Shown here piece after piece: positions 36,525-39,352 of a stretch of DNA of 39,352 nucleotides. Under the pieces are notes generated by a model. It had not been told where the DNA came from, ran no database searches, and worked only from the letters and a program-made list of their open reading frames with translations. How positions within the stretch are numbered: position 1 is the first letter of the stretch; each line of letters starts with the position of its first letter. This stretch comes from an uncultured bacterium. GTDB taxonomy: Bacteria > Oederibacteriota > PGYV01 > CAILUR01. The translations under genes were made by a program, and so were the position numbers. The DNA lies in the NCBI GenBank assembly GCA_903837445.1, contig CAILUR010000076.1:1-39352 (forward strand), in the 5' to 3' direction.

Positions 36525-37910
36525 ATGTTAAAAATATACAACACTATGTCCCAGAGTATAGAAGAGTTTAAGTCCCTGCACGCAGGCGAGGTAAATATGT
36601 ATGTCTGCGGACCTACTGTGTATAATTATTTTCATATAGGAAATGCGCGTGTTTTTCTGGTGTTTGATACGATAAGAAAATATCTTGAATACAGCGGGTA
36701 TAAAGTAAAGTTCGCACAAAATGTGACGGATATAGATGACAAAATAATAAAAAAAGCTGCGAGTGAAGGCGTGCTTTGGTCTGCGATAGCAGAAAAATAT
36801 ACCACGGCTTATCTTGAAGATTTAGCAAAGCTAAATGTCACGCCTGCGGATATTAATCCCAAGGCCACAGAAGAGATACCCGCAATGCTTGCTCTGATAC
36901 AAAACCTTATGGATAAAGGCATAGCTTATGTGTCAAAAAACGGTGTCTATTATGATGTGACAAAGTTTGAAGGATATGGCAAACTGTCGCATCAAAAAAT
37001 GGATGAACTTGTGGAAGGGGCGCGTGTCGAAGTAGATGAGGAAAAGAAAAATCCGCTGGATTTTGCGCTTTGGAAATTCTCAAAACCAGGAGAGCCAAGC
37101 TGGGAAGCGCCGTGGGGCGCGGGCAGGCCAGGGTGGCATATAGAGTGTTCGGCTATGTCAGGCAAACATCTCGGCGCGACCTTTGATATTCACGGTGGTG
37201 GCGCAGACTTAGTGTTTCCACACCACGAAAATGAACGGGCCCAGTCAGAGGCGGCGAATGGCGTCACTTTTGTAAATTATTGGATGCATGTAGGATATTT
37301 GAATATTCGTGGCGAGAAAATGTCAAAGTCAAAAGGCAACTTTGCTTTTATTAGAGATATTTTAAATGACTATATGCAGGATAAAGAAAATACAGCAAAT
37401 GTCATAAGGCTCTTTATACTTTCAGCACATTACAGAGGGCCACTTGATTTTTCAAATGATAATATGGATTCGGTGCGAAACGGGTATCGCGAGATTTATT
37501 ACACGGCACAGAGGCTCGCACAAGTAAAAGCAAAACCAGCGGCAAGCTTTGTGGGCAGAGATTTTATAAAAGAATTCAAAGAAGCAATGGATGAGGATTT
37601 TAATACTTCAAAAGCGATTGCCTGCGTGTATGATTGCGCGGCAGCGGCAAAAACAGAACTGGGAAAGAAAAATATAGAAAGTTTTGTACTGCTCGGAAAG
37701 ACTATGCTGGAAATGTGTGCTGTCCTTAAAATCACCCCAGTGTTAAAAACTATAGATGCACAGATAACAGAACTGGCAAAACAGATAGACCTTTTAAGAA
37801 AAGAAAAACAATATGAAAAAGCAGATATACTAAAAAAACAAGCGGCAGAGACTGGGTATATGCTGGAGTTTACGGCAGCAGGCACATTTGCTATTAAGGA
37901 GCTGAAATAA
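36525..37910 (+). CDS. cysS: cysteine--tRNA ligase
   Basis: 461 aa. HIGNAR (HIGH) motif, GWHIECS, KMSKS. Confidence 0.95.
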   Translation: MLKIYNTMSQSIEEFKSLHAGEVNMYVCGPTVYNYFHIGNARVFLVFDTIRKYLEYSGYKVKFAQNVTDIDDKIIKKAASEGVLWSAIAEKYTTAYLEDLAKLNVTPADINPKATEEIPAMLALIQNLMDKGIAYVSKNGVYYDVTKFEGYGKLSHQKMDELVEGARVEVDEEKKNPLDFALWKFSKPGEPSWEAPWGAGRPGWHIECSAMSGKHLGATFDIHGGGADLVFPHHENERAQSEAANGVTFVNYWMHVGYLNIRGEKMSKSKGNFAFIRDILNDYMQDKENTANVIRLFILSAHYRGPLDFSNDNMDSVRNGYREIYYTAQRLAQVKAKPAASFVGRDFIKEFKEAMDEDFNTSKAIACVYDCAAAAKTELGKKNIESFVLLGKTMLEMCAVLKITPVLKTIDAQITELAKQIDLLRKEKQYEKADILKKQAAETGYMLEFTAAGTFAIKELK

Positions 37911-37911
37911 T

Positions 37912-38640
37912 ATGTGGTTATACGGCAGAAATGTTATCAGAGAAATTTTAAGTTCGGGAAAAGCTATTCACGAGGTATTGGTTTTAAAAGGAATGAAAGA
38001 TATTGAGGATGTCATAAAAGAGGCAGAAAAAAGAGGCGTCGTGGTCACCTATACCGACCGTCAGACACTGGATAAAAAAACAGGCACTGAAAAACATCAG
38101 GGCATAGTCGCTGATGTGGAAGACATAAGATTTTTGACTGTGGACGAGTTTATAAAAAAAGCAAATGGCAGAGAAGAGTGCACAGTAGCGGTATTGGATG
38201 AGATAGAAGACCCACATAATTTTGGGGCGATTATCAGAAGCGCAGAAGTTTTTGGAATAGATGCGATTGTAATTCAAAATAAAAGAAACTCACCAGTCAC
38301 GCCTACGGTGTACAAGTCCTCGAGTGGCGCGATAGAATACATTGATATGATAGAAGTCGTGAACATAAGTAATGCGATTGAGGCCCTAAAAAAGGCTGGT
38401 TTTTGGATATATGGTTTTGATCTCACTGCGGAAAAGTATTTGGATGAAACTGAGTTTGACAAAAAAACAGCTTTCGTCTTTGGAAATGAAGGCAGAGGGA
38501 TAAGGCAGTTAGTAAAGAAAAATTGTGATTTTATGGTAAAGATAAGACAAAAAGGCAGACTGGATTCTTTAAATGTTTCTAATGCGGCGGCAGTGACTTT
38601 TTACTCCAGAATGTTTGTAAAACCTGCTAAAAATAAGTGA
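37912..38640 (+). CDS. rlmB: TrmH/SpoU-family 23S rRNA (guanosine-2'-O)-methyltransferase
   Basis: 242 aa. Motifs DPHNFGAIIRSAEVFG, FGNEGRGI, SLNVSNAAAV. Follows cysS as in the Bacillus yacO arrangement. Confidence 0.82.
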   Translation: MWLYGRNVIREILSSGKAIHEVLVLKGMKDIEDVIKEAEKRGVVVTYTDRQTLDKKTGTEKHQGIVADVEDIRFLTVDEFIKKANGREECTVAVLDEIEDPHNFGAIIRSAEVFGIDAIVIQNKRNSPVTPTVYKSSSGAIEYIDMIEVVNISNAIEALKKAGFWIYGFDLTAEKYLDETEFDKKTAFVFGNEGRGIRQLVKKNCDFMVKIRQKGRLDSLNVSNAAAVTFYSRMFVKPAKNK

Positions 38641-38659
38641 AAATAGTTAAATATTTTTG

Positions 38660-38688
38660 TTTACACTTTTGAAAAATTATTTTATACT
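38660..38688 (+). promoter_or_regulatory. promoter candidate for the tRNA cluster
   Basis: TTTACA (38660-65), 17-nt spacer, TATACT (38683-88), about 28 nt upstream of tRNA-Thr. Confidence 0.45.
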
Positions 38689-38715
38689 TTGAAAGTTGTT
38701 TTTAGCATCAAAAGG

Positions 38716-38790
<75 letters not shown>

Positions 38791-38825
38791 TATTTTTTGT
38801 TTTAAATGTTCTTTATTATTAAAAT

Positions 38826-38900
38826 GCGGGAGTAACTCAGTGGTAGAGTTCCAGCCTTCCAAGCTGGGTGTCGCGGGTTCGAATCCCGTCTCCCGCTCCA
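38826..38900 (+). tRNA. tRNA-Gly (anticodon UCC), CCA encoded
   Basis: Acceptor GCGGGAG/CTCCCGC, anticodon stem CCAGC/GCTGG with loop CTTCCAA, T loop TTCGAAT. Confidence 0.93.
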
Positions 38901-38907
38901 ATGAAAA

Positions 38908-38935
38908 AAGTGAGATAAACAAAGTGAGATAAACA
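38908..38935 (+). repeat. tandem duplication of the 14-nt unit AAGTGAGATAAACA
   Basis: Two exact adjacent copies (38908-38921 and 38922-38935), directly 3' of tRNA-Gly. Confidence 0.7.
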
Positions 38936-38936
38936 A

Positions 38937-39018
38937 GGTTCCAAGTTTCAGGTTCCAGGTTCCAAGAGGAACCTAAAGTTCCGACATCTTGGAACATGGA
39001 ACTTGGAACCTGAAACTT
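38937..39018 (+). repeat. inverted arrays of heptamer repeats forming a long hairpin in the tRNA-Gly/tRNA-Val spacer
   Basis: GGTTCCA AGTTTCA GGTTCCA GGTTCCA (38937-64) faces TTGGAAC ATGGAAC TTGGAAC CTGAAAC (38989-39016). 38943-38964 pairs with 39018-38997 as 22 bp with one G:U. An internal mini-hairpin GGAAC-CTAAA-GTTCC lies at 38968-82. Confidence 0.75.
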
Positions 39019-39035
39019 ATAATTAATTACTGCAC

Positions 39036-39112
39036 GGGAGCTTAGCTCAGTTGGTTAGAGCATCTGCCTTACAAGCAGAGGGTCATAGGTTCGAGTCCTA
39101 TAGCTCCCACCA
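39036..39112 (+). tRNA. tRNA-Val (anticodon UAC), CCA encoded
   Basis: Acceptor GGGAGCT/AGCTCCC, anticodon stem TCTGC/GCAGA with loop CTTACAA, T stem ATAGG/CCTAT with loop TTCGAGT. Confidence 0.93.
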
Positions 39113-39201
39113 TTTTTTTGTTCTTGAAAAAGATTTTGTTTTCATATAGTATTCTTTATGTTATAAAGTGTAATTAGGAATAAAAAAGTAAATAAAATAT
39201 T

Positions 39202-39278
39202 GGGGTTGTAACTCAGTTGGTTAGAGTGCCTGCCTGTCACGCAGGGGGTCGCGAGTTCGAGTCTCGTCCACTCCGCCA
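39202..39278 (+). tRNA. tRNA-Asp (anticodon GUC), CCA encoded; atypical acceptor stem
   Basis: D stem ACTC/GAGT, anticodon stem CCTGC/GCAGG with loop CTGTCAC, T stem GCGAG/CTCGT, discriminator G73. Acceptor GGGGTTG/CCACTCC gives G3:U70 and a U6/C67 mismatch. Confidence 0.85.
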
Positions 39279-39314
39279 TTTATCTTTTGCGAGAAATTAA
39301 CCTTGTTAAGTCAA

Positions 39315-39352
39315 GGGCGCTTAGCTCAGTTGGTAGAGCATCTGCCTTACAA
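39315..39352 (+). tRNA. tRNA-Val (anticodon UAC), 5' half only (truncated by the window end)
   Basis: GGGCGCT-TA-GCTC AGTTGGTA GAGC-A-TCTGC-CTTACAA. The sequence ends in the anticodon loop. Confidence 0.8.

Noticed and set aside
38937-39018. Heptamer hairpin element as a MITE or transposon remnant
   Set aside because: There is no target-site duplication at the stem boundaries (flanks GGTTCC / ATAATT), no transposase nearby, and the arms are themselves tandem heptamers rather than unique terminal inverted repeats. A whole-genome copy count would still be needed to exclude a REP-like family.

Overview
This is an AT-rich bacterial chromosomal core segment. It holds 36 protein genes (35 on +, 1 on -) and a cluster of 5 tRNA genes at the right end. 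Gene order: alaS-ruvX-mltG-[secreted hypothetical]-rnr | hisD-hisC-hisB-hisH-hisA-hisF-hisI-trpE-trpG-[secreted FN3 protein] | cvpA (minus) | purS-purQ-purL-purF-[SAM methyltransferase] | hisC-like aminotransferase-aroF-tyrA-aroA-plsC-ispH-rpsA-rex | thrS | radA-yacL(PIN/TRAM)-ispD-ispF-cysS-rlmB | tRNA-Thr, Gly, Val, Asp, Val (truncated by the window edge). Packing is very tight, with many ATGA/TAATG stop-start overlaps, so long supraoperons are likely. Several six-frame ORF starts are too long; I re-set them using RBS position and family N-termini (4196, 17021, 22793, 23938, 27904, 30413). I see no CRISPR array, IS or integrase, prophage, toxin-antitoxin pair or defence-like gene, and no convincing novel multi-gene system. 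The content is mostly housekeeping. The features most worth a second look are: (1) an 82-nt element of inverted heptamer arrays forming a 22-bp hairpin inside the tRNA operon; (2) a tRNA-Asp(GUC) whose acceptor stem has a G3:U70 wobble (the alanine identity element) plus a U6/C67 mismatch; (3) two uncharacterised secreted, beta-rich proteins translationally coupled to housekeeping genes, one with two FN3 repeats at the end of a his-trpEG operon; (4) structured leaders downstream of near-consensus promoters for alaS, the aro operon and the pur operon; (5) an AAG-N4 periodic repeat just upstream of ispH-rpsA. All functional calls come from motif recognition by eye, and no database search was run.
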